DNA of 64,000 bases, taken from NCBI GenBank assembly GCA_963422735.1, contig OY730476.1, positions 448,001 to 512,000 of the forward strand, read 5' to 3'. The notes under the pieces were generated by a model. It saw nothing but the letters and a program-made list of their open reading frames with translations. It searched no databases and was not told where the DNA came from. Source of the stretch: Candidatus Latescibacterota bacterium. Lineage in GTDB: Bacteria > Latescibacterota > UBA2968 > UBA8231. Below are positions 19,383 to 29,789 of the stretch, piece after piece (positions within the stretch are counted from its first letter, which is position 1; every line of letters begins with the position of its first letter). The translations under genes and the position numbers were made by a program.

Positions 19383-20401
19383 CCGACACGTATAGCGTAG
19401 CTATTATGGGCGCGACCGGTGCCGTAGGGCAGGTGCTGTTAGAAATCCTCGCCGAACGCGACTTTCCAATCGGTGAGCTGCGGCTGTTGGCCTCGGCCCG
19501 TTCGGCTGGGCGCGCCATTTCCTTTAACGGCGACTCGATTCAGGTGCAGGAGTTAGGGGAGGATTCGTTCGAGGGCGTGGATATCGTCTTGGCCTCGGCC
19601 GGGGGCAGTTTGAGCAAGCAGTTTAACCCGTACGCAGTGGCCGCAGGCGCGGTGGTCGTCGATAACACATCGGCCTATCGCATGGACCCGGACGTGCCGC
19701 TGGTAGTGCCCGAAATTAACCCCGAGGATTTGGCGGCGCACCGCGGGATCATCGCCAATCCAAATTGTTCGACGATCATCATGGATGTGGTGGTCTGGCC
19801 GCTCTATCAGCGGCGTCGGGTCAAGCGCATCGTGGTTTCGACCTATCAAGCCGTCAGTGGCGCGGGGGCGCGGGCCATGCAGGAGTTGGAGGCGCAGACG
19901 CGGCAGGTGCTCGCCGGGCAGGAGGCCGAGCCGGCCGAATTCCCGCACCCGATTGCCTTTAATTTGTTTTCGCACGACTCATCTGTGGGGCCGGAAGGGT
20001 ATTGCGAAGAAGAGCTGAAAATGGTGCGCGAGACCCGCAAAATGTTCCACGACGACGCGCTGCATATCTCGGCCACGACCATTCGCGTGCCCGTACTGCG
20101 GGCGCATTCTGAGGCGATCAACGTGGAGTTTTCCGCGCCCTTTTCGGCCGCCGAGGCAGAGGCTACCTTGGCGCAGGCTGCGGGTGTGCGGATTGTGGAT
20201 GATCCTGTGCAGAACCATTTCCCCATGCCGATTGAGGCCTCCGGCTGCGACGAGGTGTTGGTCGGGCGCATTCGCCAAGATATTTCGCGGCCCGACGGGA
20301 CCGGGTTGGACTTGTGGGTCAGCGGCGATCAGTTGCGCAAAGGTGCGGCCCTAAATGCCGTGCAAATCGCCGAGGAGCTCATCGTGCGCAAACTGCTATA
20401 A
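19379..20401 (+). CDS. asd: Aspartate-semialdehyde dehydrogenase
   Basis: GATGAVG, DNTSAYRM, ANPNCST, STYQAVSGAG, RVPV..AHSE, DQLRKGAALNAVQI. Confidence 0.96.
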   Translation: MTDTYSVAIMGATGAVGQVLLEILAERDFPIGELRLLASARSAGRAISFNGDSIQVQELGEDSFEGVDIVLASAGGSLSKQFNPYAVAAGAVVVDNTSAYRMDPDVPLVVPEINPEDLAAHRGIIANPNCSTIIMDVVVWPLYQRRRVKRIVVSTYQAVSGAGARAMQELEAQTRQVLAGQEAEPAEFPHPIAFNLFSHDSSVGPEGYCEEELKMVRETRKMFHDDALHISATTIRVPVLRAHSEAINVEFSAPFSAAEAEATLAQAAGVRIVDDPVQNHFPMPIEASGCDEVLVGRIRQDISRPDGTGLDLWVSGDQLRKGAALNAVQIAEELIVRKLL

Positions 20402-20416
20402 CGAGGGAGAACCACC

Positions 20417-21226
20417 ATGGATGTCCTGAACAGGGAAGAACTCGATTTCTTTGCCGAAGAAGGGTACGTCGTCGCGCGTCAGGTGATCGACCGAGATCAA
20501 GCCGAGCGCACTGGCCGGGCGGTGTGGGCGTTTGCCGGCATGGACCCGGACGATCCTGGGACTTGGTATCCAGAGGATCGGCGCGGCATCATGGTCGAGA
20601 TGTACCACCACCAGACTCTATGGGACAACCGCACGGCCCCTCGGGTCCACCGGGCCTTCAGCCAGATTTGGGGGACGGAAAAGCTGTGGGTCAGCCACGA
20701 CCGGGCCAGCATCAGTCCGCCGGTCTTAGACAAAGATGCACCCGAGCACAATCTGCACTGGGACGCAGCCTTGGATAAGCGTCCTTTGCCTTTTGGCGTG
20801 CAGGGCGTGCTCTATCTGAACGACACGCCGGCCGCGCAGGGGGCCTTTATCTGCGTACCGAGGTTCCACCAGCGTCTAGAGATGTGGCTCGACGCGCTGC
20901 CGGAGGGGGCCAACCCCCGCGAGCAAGACTTGCTGGCCTTGGGAACGCGGCGCATTGGTGCGGAAGCGGGCGACTTGGTTATCTGGCGCACTGCTCTGCC
21001 GCACACGGCGAGCGTCAATCGCGGCGACAGCCCGCGCGTGGCGCAGTACATCACCATGAATATAGCTGGCGCGGGCGAACAGGCGCGGCGGTTGCGCACA
21101 GACTTTTGGCAGCAGCGGCTGTCCGGGCTAGGGCGCTACGCCGAGGAACGCGAGCACTACGAAGAAAAGACGGCTGAGTTGACGAGCTTGGGGCGGAAGC
21201 TGGCTGGGGTGGAGCCTTGGGATTGA
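20417..21226 (+). CDS. Phytanoyl-CoA dioxygenase (PhyH)-family Fe(II)/2OG enzyme
   Basis: LHWD (HxD) ... QGVLYL.D ... GDLVIW...LPH ... R facial-triad pattern. Confidence 0.85.
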   Translation: MDVLNREELDFFAEEGYVVARQVIDRDQAERTGRAVWAFAGMDPDDPGTWYPEDRRGIMVEMYHHQTLWDNRTAPRVHRAFSQIWGTEKLWVSHDRASISPPVLDKDAPEHNLHWDAALDKRPLPFGVQGVLYLNDTPAAQGAFICVPRFHQRLEMWLDALPEGANPREQDLLALGTRRIGAEAGDLVIWRTALPHTASVNRGDSPRVAQYITMNIAGAGEQARRLRTDFWQQRLSGLGRYAEEREHYEEKTAELTSLGRKLAGVEPWD

Positions 21227-21429
21227 GAAGAGAGAAACGATGAGGATATTTAGAATTATCAAATAGCGAGAGGCGTGCTACATAGACCTCGGCACCTATC
21301 ACTATGTGTGGCGTCTTTAGGTGGTTCGTCAGCGTACTTAAAAGCAGTGCCAGACTCAATACTTTCTCTATGTAGTAGATGATGGAATTTGTCGAAGATA
21401 CACTCTACTTCTTGCGTCAAAATATCTCA

Positions 21430-21740
21430 GAAGCTGTCTGAAAACTATATTTTTCTATGCGAGGCGTTTGAGTAGCAAGTGGATCATAGCGGTGTGAATC
21501 AACGCCTCGCTATGGCGTGGCAAGACTTCATAATCTCGGGTATGCCGGCGAAAATTGCTCAACCACCCAACGACGTTTGAGCGGTGTAAATCTTTTCTCT
21601 TGTTTGGCGACGACTTCCAAGTCGATCTTATGCGTCTTTTTTAAGCTGGCTACCCACGCTTTGAGGTCGGCCCCCGAATAGCCGCCATCGACCCACAGCT
21701 TGTGCAGCCTGGGCACGCCGGGGGCCACGTAGCCGGTCAA
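21430..21740 (-). mobile_element. IS5-family (IS1031-like) transposase 3' remnant with right terminal inverted repeat
   Basis: PRLHKLWVDGGYSG...KRRWVVE and, in a shifted frame, RDYEVLPRHSEALIHTAMIHLLLKRLA*; TIR GAAGCTGTCTGAAAA at 21430-21444 next to TCA. Confidence 0.85.
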
Positions 21741-21769
21741 CGTCAGAATGGCTACGTTGGTGATCGCGG

Positions 21770-21930
21770 AGTTGGTTTTGGTGATTTTCTAAAATTGCTT
21801 CTTGGGGCCTTGGCCTCATGGGATATTCTGGTATTACCTCTTGGTGATTGAAAATATCCCAACCAAGCGAAGACAAAATTCGCAGGATAATTGCCAGTTT
21901 AGCTTGCTCAGGTATGAAGCGTCCTCCCAA
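21770..21930 (-). pseudogene. Remnant of an HsdR-N-like (type I restriction-type PD-(D/E)XK) protein N-terminus
   Basis: EQAKLAIILRILSSLGWDIFNHQEVIPEY...LENHQNQL resembles HSDR_N proteins; truncated next to the IS5 fragment. Confidence 0.5.
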
Positions 21931-21956
21931 CCCCCGACATTAGCTCTTTTCGTTCT

Positions 21957-23087
21957 CTAAACGCATATACGCTCGATGAAGCGAGCGTAGAGATCGACGC
22001 TTGCGCGCAATTGGTCGATTTTGATCCATTCGTTGGCAGTGTGAGCTTGGGCAATATCGCCTGGACCGAGGACGATCATTTGTTTCATCTTCTCGACAAA
22101 AGCCATGCCGTCGGTGCCGTAGGCCACCGTGGTAGGTTTGCGGCGACCCGTTAGCTTGAGTGCCGTTCGGACCAGCGGAGCGTCCACCGCCGTGTAGAGC
22201 GGCTCGCCGCGATGCTTGAGCGCGAAGTCGAGGCCGTGCTTTTGTGCGCTTTTGCGGGTTTTGTCGAGCAAATCATCGACATCGATGCCGGGCATGGGGC
22301 GGTAGTTGAGGGTGCAGAAGCTCTGGGCGGGAGAGATGTTGGTGGCGCGATTGTGATCGTTGATGCCGATGCACCACTCGGAATGCGGCGGTGAGAATTC
22401 CTCGTTGCGGTAGCGGCGCGCGCTGAGCACTCGCTCGTTGAATTTCTTCATCTCCGCGAGAAAGGGGATCATCTTGAGGTTTGCGTTGATGCCCTTCAAG
22501 GTGCTGGTGTGCGCGGGGCGTCCTTTGGCAGTGACTTGGATGGCGAGCGAGCCTTTGTGGGCGTGGACGACGCGGAGGCTGGTGGGTTCGCAGATGATGC
22601 CGCAGCCGGTGCTGGCCTCGGCAAAGAGCTTGGAATGGGCCGTGACCTTTTGCGCGCCGACGCCGTGGACCTCCTCGTCGGCCGTGACGACGATGTAGAG
22701 TGGGGCAGTCAGATCGGCGGCCTTGAAACGGGTGGCCGCGCAAATCGAAGCAGCAAGGGGGCCTTTCATATCGCAGGAACCGCGGCCGTAGAGCTTGCCG
22801 TTGGCCTCGTAGGGGTCGTAGGGGTCGCGGTGCCAGCCATCGGCGGGATTAGCCGGCACGACGTCGTCGTGGCTCATCAGGGTCAGCCCGCCCTCTCCAG
22901 CGCCCAACTTGCCGACGATGGAGAGCTTGGCTACGCCCGCCGCATCCGCGTAGGGCACCTCTTCTATGTGGAAACCAAGCTGATCTAAGACTCCAGCTAT
23001 ATGTTGGGTAACTTCGACGTTGCTGGTTTGGCTTTCCGAGGGATAGGCGACTATTGCCTTGGTCAGTTTGACGACATCAAGTTTCAT
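21957..23087 (-). CDS. M20 metallopeptidase / acetylornithine deacetylase (ArgE-like)
   Basis: SHDDVVP, YGRGSCDMKG, ADEE, CEPT, GTDG, GPGDIAQAH. The CAT at 23085-23087 shows it is on the minus strand; the track label '+' is wrong. Confidence 0.9.
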   Translation of the reverse strand: MKLDVVKLTKAIVAYPSESQTSNVEVTQHIAGVLDQLGFHIEEVPYADAAGVAKLSIVGKLGAGEGGLTLMSHDDVVPANPADGWHRDPYDPYEANGKLYGRGSCDMKGPLAASICAATRFKAADLTAPLYIVVTADEEVHGVGAQKVTAHSKLFAEASTGCGIICEPTSLRVVHAHKGSLAIQVTAKGRPAHTSTLKGINANLKMIPFLAEMKKFNERVLSARRYRNEEFSPPHSEWCIGINDHNRATNISPAQSFCTLNYRPMPGIDVDDLLDKTRKSAQKHGLDFALKHRGEPLYTAVDAPLVRTALKLTGRRKPTTVAYGTDGMAFVEKMKQMIVLGPGDIAQAHTANEWIKIDQLRASVDLYARFIERICV

Positions 23088-23200
23088 CGCAGATTCGCTT
23101 TCGCCAAGGGATAAGTTGGCACAAAGTACAAATTCAGTAGGGTGCTATCAAGGGCGTTGACAGCTCAGCCAAAAGGAAGTATGAATAGGCGAGCAAGAAG

Positions 23201-23239
23201 CAACAAAACGGCCCGCCTCAAAAAAGAGGAAGCGGGCCG
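23201..23239 (-). terminator. Intrinsic terminator after the DUF5069-like gene
   Basis: CGGCCCGC/GCGGGCCG stem followed on the minus strand by TTTTGTTG. Confidence 0.7.
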
Positions 23240-23259
23240 GCAGACGAGTGGGACATCCT

Positions 23260-23694
23260 TTAGCTCAGGGCGTTGTGCAGTTCAGTCCAGTCGTCGAGGT
23301 TGTTGAGGTTGACGGCGTCGAGGATGCTGCCATCGTCGCTGAGGCCAGCGGCGTCGAGGATGCTACCGCGGGTTTCGTCGTCGTGGTTGTAGCCGCGGAT
23401 GGCGGCGTTGGAGGCGTCGATCTCGCTCTGGGGAATAGAGCCGCCGCGCTGGGCCTTGGCCCAGTTTTCAAATTCGATATAGCTGGCCTTGTTGTCCTTG
23501 ACATAGGCTATGGCCGCGTCTCGGTCAATGCCGAGGCCGTCGAGAACCATCTGGTCGAAACCCGCGCCGCATTCTGGATAGTCCGCGGGCAGTTCGCCAG
23601 CCGCGCTCAGGCGCAGCTTGGACCACAGGCGGGGCAGGTGAATCGCGCCGAGCGGCCCGGCGATGTCCGAACTGATGTTGGGTATAATGGCCAT
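23260..23694 (-). CDS. DUF5069-like protein
   Basis: GPLGAIHLPRLWSKLRL...GELPADY...GFDQMVL..LGI; AGGAGG SD; strongly biased codons. Confidence 0.75.
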   Translation of the reverse strand: MAIIPNISSDIAGPLGAIHLPRLWSKLRLSAAGELPADYPECGAGFDQMVLDGLGIDRDAAIAYVKDNKASYIEFENWAKAQRGGSIPQSEIDASNAAIRGYNHDDETRGSILDAAGLSDDGSILDAVNLNNLDDWTELHNALS

Positions 23695-23777
23695 GAGGTT
23701 CCTCCTATTGATAGAATGGGTTGGGTAAACGGCCTACAACAGTACGGTCGCTCAAGCCGGTTGTCAAACGGATAGCA

Positions 23778-24881
23778 ATGGACAAAATACGTTTTGGCGT
23801 CATTGGGGCCGCCGGCCGCGGAAGCGGTTTTATCCCCACCCTGATAGCCCATCCAGCCACGGAAATTACCGCGCTGTGCGACATCCGCCGGGAAGAAGTC
23901 GAGTGCCACGCGGCTGAACTGGGCGTTGAACAGGTCTTCGCGGACGCTGGCGAAATGCTCGACGCCGGGGGAGTGGACGCGGTCGTCGTGGGTACGCCCA
24001 TGCCGTGGCACGTGCCCCAGGCCATCGCGGCCTTGGAGCGCGACATCCACGTGCTCAGCGAGGTGACGGCTGGAGTGTCGGTTGAGGAATGCCGCGATTT
24101 GACGTGCGCGGCGCGGCGCAGCCGAGCCGTCTATATGATGGCTGAGAATTACGTGTACACCAAGTCCAACACACTGATAAACGCGCTGGTTGAGCGCGGC
24201 TTTTTCGGCGAGCTGTACTACGCCGAAGGGGCCTATATCCACGAACTGAAACAGCTCAACGAGAGCACACCTTGGCGGCGGCGCTGGCAGACGGGCGTCA
24301 ATGGCTGCACTTATGCCACGCACAGCTTGGGGCCGGTGCTGACGTGGTTTGCCGGGCAGCGAGTGGTGGCTGTCTGCGCCGTGGGCACCGGGCACCACCA
24401 CCGAGATCCGTGCGGTGCTTTGTACGAAATGGAGGACTCGGTGACCATGATGTGCCGGCTCTCGGGCGGCGGGCTGGCGCATATCCGGGTCGATATGCTC
24501 TCGGACCGACCACACCAGATGGTGCATTATGCTTTGCAGGGGACCAATGGCGCGTACGAGTCGGGCGATGGCTTTGCGGCTGCGGCCAAAATCTGGCTGC
24601 GCAGCCGCAGCGCGCAGCCGCGCTGGGAGCCTTTGGAGGCGCTAGAGAAATTTTTGCCTGAACATTGGCTGCATCCGCCCGCAGAAGCCCTCGCCGCCGG
24701 ACACAGCGGCGGCGACTATTGGGAAGTACAGGATTTTGTCGCAGCCATCCGCGAGGAAAAGGCACCGGCTATTGGCATCGACTTGGCGATGGACATGACC
24801 TTGCCCGGCCTTGTCAGCCAACAGTCGATCGCCCAAGGGTCGGCTTGGGTGGCCGTGCCCGATTCGCGCAACTGGACTTAA
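23778..24881 (+). CDS. Gfo/Idh/MocA-family oxidoreductase
   Basis: RFGVIGAAGRG, HVLSEV, YMMAENY, YATHSLGP, GHSGGD. Confidence 0.88.
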   Translation: MDKIRFGVIGAAGRGSGFIPTLIAHPATEITALCDIRREEVECHAAELGVEQVFADAGEMLDAGGVDAVVVGTPMPWHVPQAIAALERDIHVLSEVTAGVSVEECRDLTCAARRSRAVYMMAENYVYTKSNTLINALVERGFFGELYYAEGAYIHELKQLNESTPWRRRWQTGVNGCTYATHSLGPVLTWFAGQRVVAVCAVGTGHHHRDPCGALYEMEDSVTMMCRLSGGGLAHIRVDMLSDRPHQMVHYALQGTNGAYESGDGFAAAAKIWLRSRSAQPRWEPLEALEKFLPEHWLHPPAEALAAGHSGGDYWEVQDFVAAIREEKAPAIGIDLAMDMTLPGLVSQQSIAQGSAWVAVPDSRNWT

Positions 24882-24893
24882 AGGAGCCAGACC

Positions 24894-26477
24894 ATGCCTA
24901 AGCCCAAGATTATGTTCTACCACGACGGCCGGCACCCGCTGATCTACATGTACGAACCGCCGATACAAAAAGAGGAATATGAACAGGGGGTGGACGAACT
25001 GTTGGGCACGCCGGTCGAGGCGATCATGTTTTGCCTCGGCGACGGTCGCACTGTGCTGCACGACACGGAGGTAGGAGAACTGTGGGGCCACAATGTGAAG
25101 CGGTGGCCCCATTTGATTTTCCGCCGCGCCCACCAAAATGCCCGCGATCTAATCCGCAAGGGACAAGACCCCTTGCGCCTGATTTGCGACCGCGCCCACC
25201 AGTACGGCAAGCAGGTCTATCCGACGCTGTTGGTGCAGCAGGGGCGGGGGCCGCGGGAAGAGGACGTGCGCTGCTCGGATTTCCGCTTTGACAACGCCCA
25301 TCTCGAAATCGGTGCGCAAGACGATGTGCCCGCCGACTATCCCGGCCGCACCTGCCTAGATTTCAAGCACCAAGCCGTGCGCGACGAGCGCTTTGCCCTG
25401 ATTGCCGAGACCCTAGAAAAATATCCGGTGGATGGCTTTGAACTGCAGATGAACTACCAGCCTTACTACTTCCACCCAGACGAGGTCGCCGCTGGCCGCG
25501 AGGTTATGACCGAGTGGGTGCGCAAGGTGCATTGCGCCGTCAAGCAGAGCGGGAAGCAACGCGAGTTGGCGATCCGCATCCCCTACAACCTCGAGGGGTG
25601 CTATGCCGTCGGCATGGACATTGAAGCGTGGCTGCGCGAAGGGCTGGTCGATGTGCTGATCGGTCAGGCGTTTTCCGGCCCGGAGCTTTTGGACTCGACC
25701 CTTGATTTCCGGCCCTTGGTTGCGGCCGCCCAAGGCATAGGCTGTCGAGTGTACGCGGCCTTGCAAAGCCACGTGGACTCGGACCGTGTGGGGGAGGCGA
25801 CCATTGAGATGGTGCGCGGGGCCGCTTGCAACTTTTGGGCGCAGGGCGTCGATGGCCTGTACCTGGCGCACTGGTTTGGCAACTGGCCGTACCAGGCATC
25901 CTTCTACGAGAAGCTGCGGGAATTGCCCTATCCAGAGGTCATGGCCGCGCGCGATAAAATTTACTATGTACCGACCGCGACGGGTCGCTACCCCAATCCC
26001 ACCACCGAGCCGGGGACGACCATGCAGCTGCCGGCCTATTTGCAAAAGGGCCACAAGGCTTCCATCACCCTGTCGGTCAGCGACGATCTGCGGCGCTGGG
26101 CCAGGGTCGGCCGGGTCCACGAAGTGTTGCTGCGGGTGCGGGTGATGGGCCACACCGAGCGCGACCGGCTGAAATTCTACCTCAATGGTCGAGAGTTGCC
26201 CGCCAGTCTGCTGCGCAGGATCAACGAATTATACCGGATGTCGGCTCCGCGCTATCGCACGGGATCAGGGTATTGGTATGCGTTTAAGCTGGACGCCAAA
26301 CACTGGCCGAAAAAGGGAAACAACACACTCGCAGTCGAATTAGTGCGGCGCGATGCTCAGGTGCTGCCAGAAATTTTTGTACGCGATATAGAGCTAGATA
26401 TTAAATACCTAATGGGGCGCAATTTCCATCGCGGCCAAGATGTGGATCTGGGGCCGAGCGAACCGTCAGGAGTATGA
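24894..26477 (+). CDS. Glycoside-hydrolase-like TIM-barrel protein (GHL10-like), no signal peptide
   Basis: LDFKHQAVR...YPVDGFEL, DIEAWLREGLVDVLI, GVDGLYL; homologous to 34858..36408. Confidence 0.65.
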   Translation: MPKPKIMFYHDGRHPLIYMYEPPIQKEEYEQGVDELLGTPVEAIMFCLGDGRTVLHDTEVGELWGHNVKRWPHLIFRRAHQNARDLIRKGQDPLRLICDRAHQYGKQVYPTLLVQQGRGPREEDVRCSDFRFDNAHLEIGAQDDVPADYPGRTCLDFKHQAVRDERFALIAETLEKYPVDGFELQMNYQPYYFHPDEVAAGREVMTEWVRKVHCAVKQSGKQRELAIRIPYNLEGCYAVGMDIEAWLREGLVDVLIGQAFSGPELLDSTLDFRPLVAAAQGIGCRVYAALQSHVDSDRVGEATIEMVRGAACNFWAQGVDGLYLAHWFGNWPYQASFYEKLRELPYPEVMAARDKIYYVPTATGRYPNPTTEPGTTMQLPAYLQKGHKASITLSVSDDLRRWARVGRVHEVLLRVRVMGHTERDRLKFYLNGRELPASLLRRINELYRMSAPRYRTGSGYWYAFKLDAKHWPKKGNNTLAVELVRRDAQVLPEIFVRDIELDIKYLMGRNFHRGQDVDLGPSEPSGV

Positions 26478-26518
26478 GCTGAGAAACGAACTCAATCCAT
26501 CAAACCGAAAGGAACCTA

Positions 26519-28237
26519 ATGCCCAGAGGTATTCGCAACTTCGCCATTTTTGTCATCGCTCTGCTCTCGTCTTGGATCATAGGTGTCAATGTGTCGCCGA
26601 CGTGGACGGTCGAACGGATCGAATTGGACGTGAAAACGGACAGCGATGGCAAGCTATACTACATCTACCGCGAAAAACCCGCTTATTTCGAGGCTGTGCC
26701 CATGGCGCAAGCCCAACTCGATCCGGCTAACATTCACGGGTCGAGAACGGCACCGCCGATCACTGAAGAATTTGTCTCCGTGGCGGAGACTGGCCGCTAC
26801 TACAAACTGGTGGCCAAGCGCCACTGGAGCTATTGGTCGCTGCTGCCGGCGGTGGTGGCCGTGCTGTTGTGCTGGCTGACCAAAGAACCGATCACCTCGC
26901 TGTTGGGCGGCATCATCTCCGGTGCTCTCCTGATGGGCCGCTACGACTTCACCGGCGATGTGCTAATCCCCTCATTGGCGACCAAAAACGCGGCCGGAAT
27001 TCTGCTGCTCTACTTGTGGTTGTTGGGTGGGCTGATGGGGATCTGGTCCCGCACGGGTGCGGCCCAGGCTTTTGCTGAGTTTATGACCGTGCGCTTTGTG
27101 CGCGGCCCCAGAAGCGCCAAGCTGGTCGCTTGGTCGCTCGGGGTCATCTTTTTCCAAGGCGGGACCGTCAGCACGGTGCTGGTCGGCACCACGGTCAAAC
27201 CCATTGCCGATAACGAAAAAATCAGCCACGAAGAGCTGGCGTACGTGGTTGACTCAACGGCCTCGCCGATTGCTTCCCAGCTCGCGTTCAACGCTTGGCC
27301 CGGCTATGTGCAGGCGTTTATCTTCGTCTCCGGCGTCAGCTTCCTAGCCACCGAAGCCGATCGCCTCTCTTTCTTTTTTCAAAGCGTACCCTTTTGTTTT
27401 TACGCCATTTTTGCCGTCTTGGGCACGTTCCTCCTCAGCATTGAAAAACCGCTCTTTTTGGGGAGCCAACTCAAGGCGGCGATTCAGCGTGCGCGCACGA
27501 CCGGCCAGCTCGATGCATCAGATGCCGACCCGCTGAGTGCCAAGGAATTGCAAGGGAGCAACGTACCCGAAGGCTACACTCCGCATGTCCTCGAATTCTT
27601 CTTGCCACTGGGTGCGCTCATCGCCGTTGCCGTCGGTACCTTTATCGCCAGTGGATCGCCCAATGTGCAGTGGGCCTTTGGTATTGCACTGCTGTTGGCC
27701 GCGGGCATGGCCTTGGCCAAGGGCATGGCACTCAAAGACCTCATCGCCGGCTTCCACGATGGCATTAAGGGAGTGGTGCTCGGCTCGGTCATTTTGCTGC
27801 TGGCCATCACGATAGGCGGCATCAGCAAGGAGACGGGCGGTAGCATCTTTTTGGTCGAACAGCTCGGCGAGAGCATTCCGTACTTCCTCCTGCCGGTCCT
27901 GCTCCAGCTTCTCACGATGGCCATTGCCTTTTCCACCGGCACGAGTTGGGGCACCTATGCGGTGGCGTTTCCGCTGGCCATGCCGCTCGCTTGGGCGGTG
28001 GCCGGCGCCAATGGCCTAGCGCATCCAGAGCTTTTTATGACCTTGTGTTTTGCCGCGGTCATGGACGGCAGCGTGTACGGCGACCAGTGCTCGCCGATTT
28101 CGGATACTACCGTCCTTAGCTCCATGTGTACGGGCTGCGACCTGATGGATCACGTCAAGACGCAAATCCCGCAGGCGACGCTTGCGGCGGGCTTGGCGGC
28201 TTTGTGCTGGACCCTCGTGGCGTTCTTCACCGCCTAG
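26519..28237 (+). CDS. NhaC-family Na+/H+ antiporter / amino-acid transporter
   Basis: [44 protein letters not shown]. Confidence 0.88.
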   Translation: MPRGIRNFAIFVIALLSSWIIGVNVSPTWTVERIELDVKTDSDGKLYYIYREKPAYFEAVPMAQAQLDPANIHGSRTAPPITEEFVSVAETGRYYKLVAKRHWSYWSLLPAVVAVLLCWLTKEPITSLLGGIISGALLMGRYDFTGDVLIPSLATKNAAGILLLYLWLLGGLMGIWSRTGAAQAFAEFMTVRFVRGPRSAKLVAWSLGVIFFQGGTVSTVLVGTTVKPIADNEKISHEELAYVVDSTASPIASQLAFNAWPGYVQAFIFVSGVSFLATEADRLSFFFQSVPFCFYAIFAVLGTFLLSIEKPLFLGSQLKAAIQRARTTGQLDASDADPLSAKELQGSNVPEGYTPHVLEFFLPLGALIAVAVGTFIASGSPNVQWAFGIALLLAAGMALAKGMALKDLIAGFHDGIKGVVLGSVILLLAITIGGISKETGGSIFLVEQLGESIPYFLLPVLLQLLTMAIAFSTGTSWGTYAVAFPLAMPLAWAVAGANGLAHPELFMTLCFAAVMDGSVYGDQCSPISDTTVLSSMCTGCDLMDHVKTQIPQATLAAGLAALCWTLVAFFTA

Positions 28238-28267
28238 GTCTTCTAATTAAGAAAAGGGATTACTCCA

Positions 28268-28500
28268 TGATAATAGGCGTCTCTATCCGCCAGAGGTTTG
28301 CCGATCTTTCCGAACAGGAAATCCTCGCGCTCGCCATTTCGTCGGAGGAGGAGGAGAGTCGCATCTACGCTACGCGGAAAATCCGCGCACGGCCGAGATG
28401 TTCGAGACCATGGCCGCGGAAGAAGACGAGCATCGACGCCCCTTGATTGAAGAGCACCGCCGTCGCTTTGGCGATGTAGTCCAGCCCGGTCAAAAGACCG
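28268..28500 (+). pseudogene. Rubrerythrin-domain iron exporter MbfA N-terminal remnant
   Basis: RFADLSEQEILALAISSEEEESRIY / frameshift / MFETMAAEEDEHRRPLIEEHRRRFGD; truncated. Confidence 0.7.
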
Positions 28501-28587
28501 ACGACACCTTTTGGTCTCTGGCAAAACTCCTATCGTTAAAAGATACGCATTGAGTTAGCATTTTTATTTATTTTGGGAGCCTGCGTT

Positions 28588-29595
28588 ATGCCTACCTTTC
28601 TCGACTCAACCCCTCTCTGCGATGACCCGCCCGCGCTCCGCACCCGCATGCAGCGCGACGGCTATCTCTTTGTCCCCGGCCTGCTGCCCGCCGACGAACT
28701 CGAAGCGCTCAGGCTGGGCTTTTTGGCTATTGCCCGCGACGCCGGCTGGGTTAAGGCCGACGCACCGCTTGAGGACGCTATCGCCGACCAAGATGGCTTC
28801 TGCGTCGAGCCGACGCCCGAGTATATGGACGTCTATTGCCTGATGTACGCCCTGCCGCAATTCCACGCTTTGCAGCACCACCCCGCGCTCGTCGGCCTAC
28901 TCGAAAAGCTTCTCGACGGCCCGGTGCTGCCCCACCCCCGCCTCATCGGCCGCACCATCTTTCCCAAGCGCGAGTCCTTTACCACGCCGCCGCATCAGGA
29001 CTTCATCCCCATTCAGGGCACGGCGGAGACCTATACCGCTTGGTTCCCGCTCCACGATCTGCTGCCGACTATGGGGGGGCTGGAGGTAGCCGCTGGTGTG
29101 CATCGGGGGGGCATTTATAAGTTCCAGCCGGCCTTGGGTGCCGGGGGATTGGCGATCACCGACTCCTTTGAAGGCAGATGGACCGGTGGTCTTTTCGCGC
29201 AAGGGGACGTGCTCTTCTTCCACAGCATGACGCCCCATCGAGGCGCCCCCAACACCAGCGAACAACTACGCCTGTCTATCGACGCCCGTTACCAGCGCAT
29301 TGCCGACCCCATCGCCCGAGGCAGTCTGCTGCCTCACAGCCAGCCCAACACCTGGGAGGCCATCTACGCTGAGTGGCCCGACGATCACTTGCAATACTAC
29401 TGGCGCGAGTACGAGCTGGACGTGGTTGACTACGACGACAGCTATCACGAAGAGCGCGACCGCCAGGCTTTGGAACTGGGCGAGCAAGGCGATCCGCTAG
29501 CCGTCTCGGCTCTCCAGCGCATCGTCGCCCGCGACGGCGATCCCGACAAGCGCCAGCAGGCCGCCGAACTGCTCGCGGTCATTGAGGAAAAATAG
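28588..29595 (+). CDS. PhyH-family Fe(II)/2OG dioxygenase
   Basis: RDGYLF, TPPHQD, TAWFPL, GDVLFFHSMTPH, LRLSID. Confidence 0.88.
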   Translation: MPTFLDSTPLCDDPPALRTRMQRDGYLFVPGLLPADELEALRLGFLAIARDAGWVKADAPLEDAIADQDGFCVEPTPEYMDVYCLMYALPQFHALQHHPALVGLLEKLLDGPVLPHPRLIGRTIFPKRESFTTPPHQDFIPIQGTAETYTAWFPLHDLLPTMGGLEVAAGVHRGGIYKFQPALGAGGLAITDSFEGRWTGGLFAQGDVLFFHSMTPHRGAPNTSEQLRLSIDARYQRIADPIARGSLLPHSQPNTWEAIYAEWPDDHLQYYWREYELDVVDYDDSYHEERDRQALELGEQGDPLAVSALQRIVARDGDPDKRQQAAELLAVIEEK

Positions 29596-29629
29596 CGTTT
29601 GATCTGGGGAGATTCTTTAAGAAGAATCG

Positions 29630-29666
29630 CAAGAGCCGGCGGCTGGACCGTCGGCTCTTGTTGTTT
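29630..29666 (+). terminator. Intrinsic terminator
   Basis: 13-bp stem CAAGAGCCGGCGG/CCGTCGGCTCTTG with a 5-nt loop, then TTGTTT. Confidence 0.8.
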
Positions 29667-29722
29667 GGTGCCGCCTGTAAGAAGCATCTTGTAAATTGAG
29701 AAATTAGGCACCTAATTTTTTG

Positions 29723-29789
29723 TCACAGCAGAAGTAACACCCCGCGCCGTTATAGGTGTTTGAGTAGTACACCGCCAGGGAATACATGG
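29723..29789 (+). promoter_or_regulatory. Putative ECF-dependent (autoregulatory) promoter, copy 1: GTAACA...GGTGTTT
   Basis: 52/67 ungapped identity (hand-aligned) to 33892-33958; a -35 'AAC' core is typical of ECF promoters. Confidence 0.6.

Noticed and set aside
21957-23087. ORF track lists this M20 ORF on the + strand
   Set aside because: MKLDVV is encoded by the reverse complement (CAT at 23085-23087, CTA at 21957-21959), so the gene is on the minus strand.
29678-29696. TAA-GAAGCATCTTGTAAA as another IS5/MITE end
   Set aside because: Only about 11/15 match to the TIR and no partner repeat was found.
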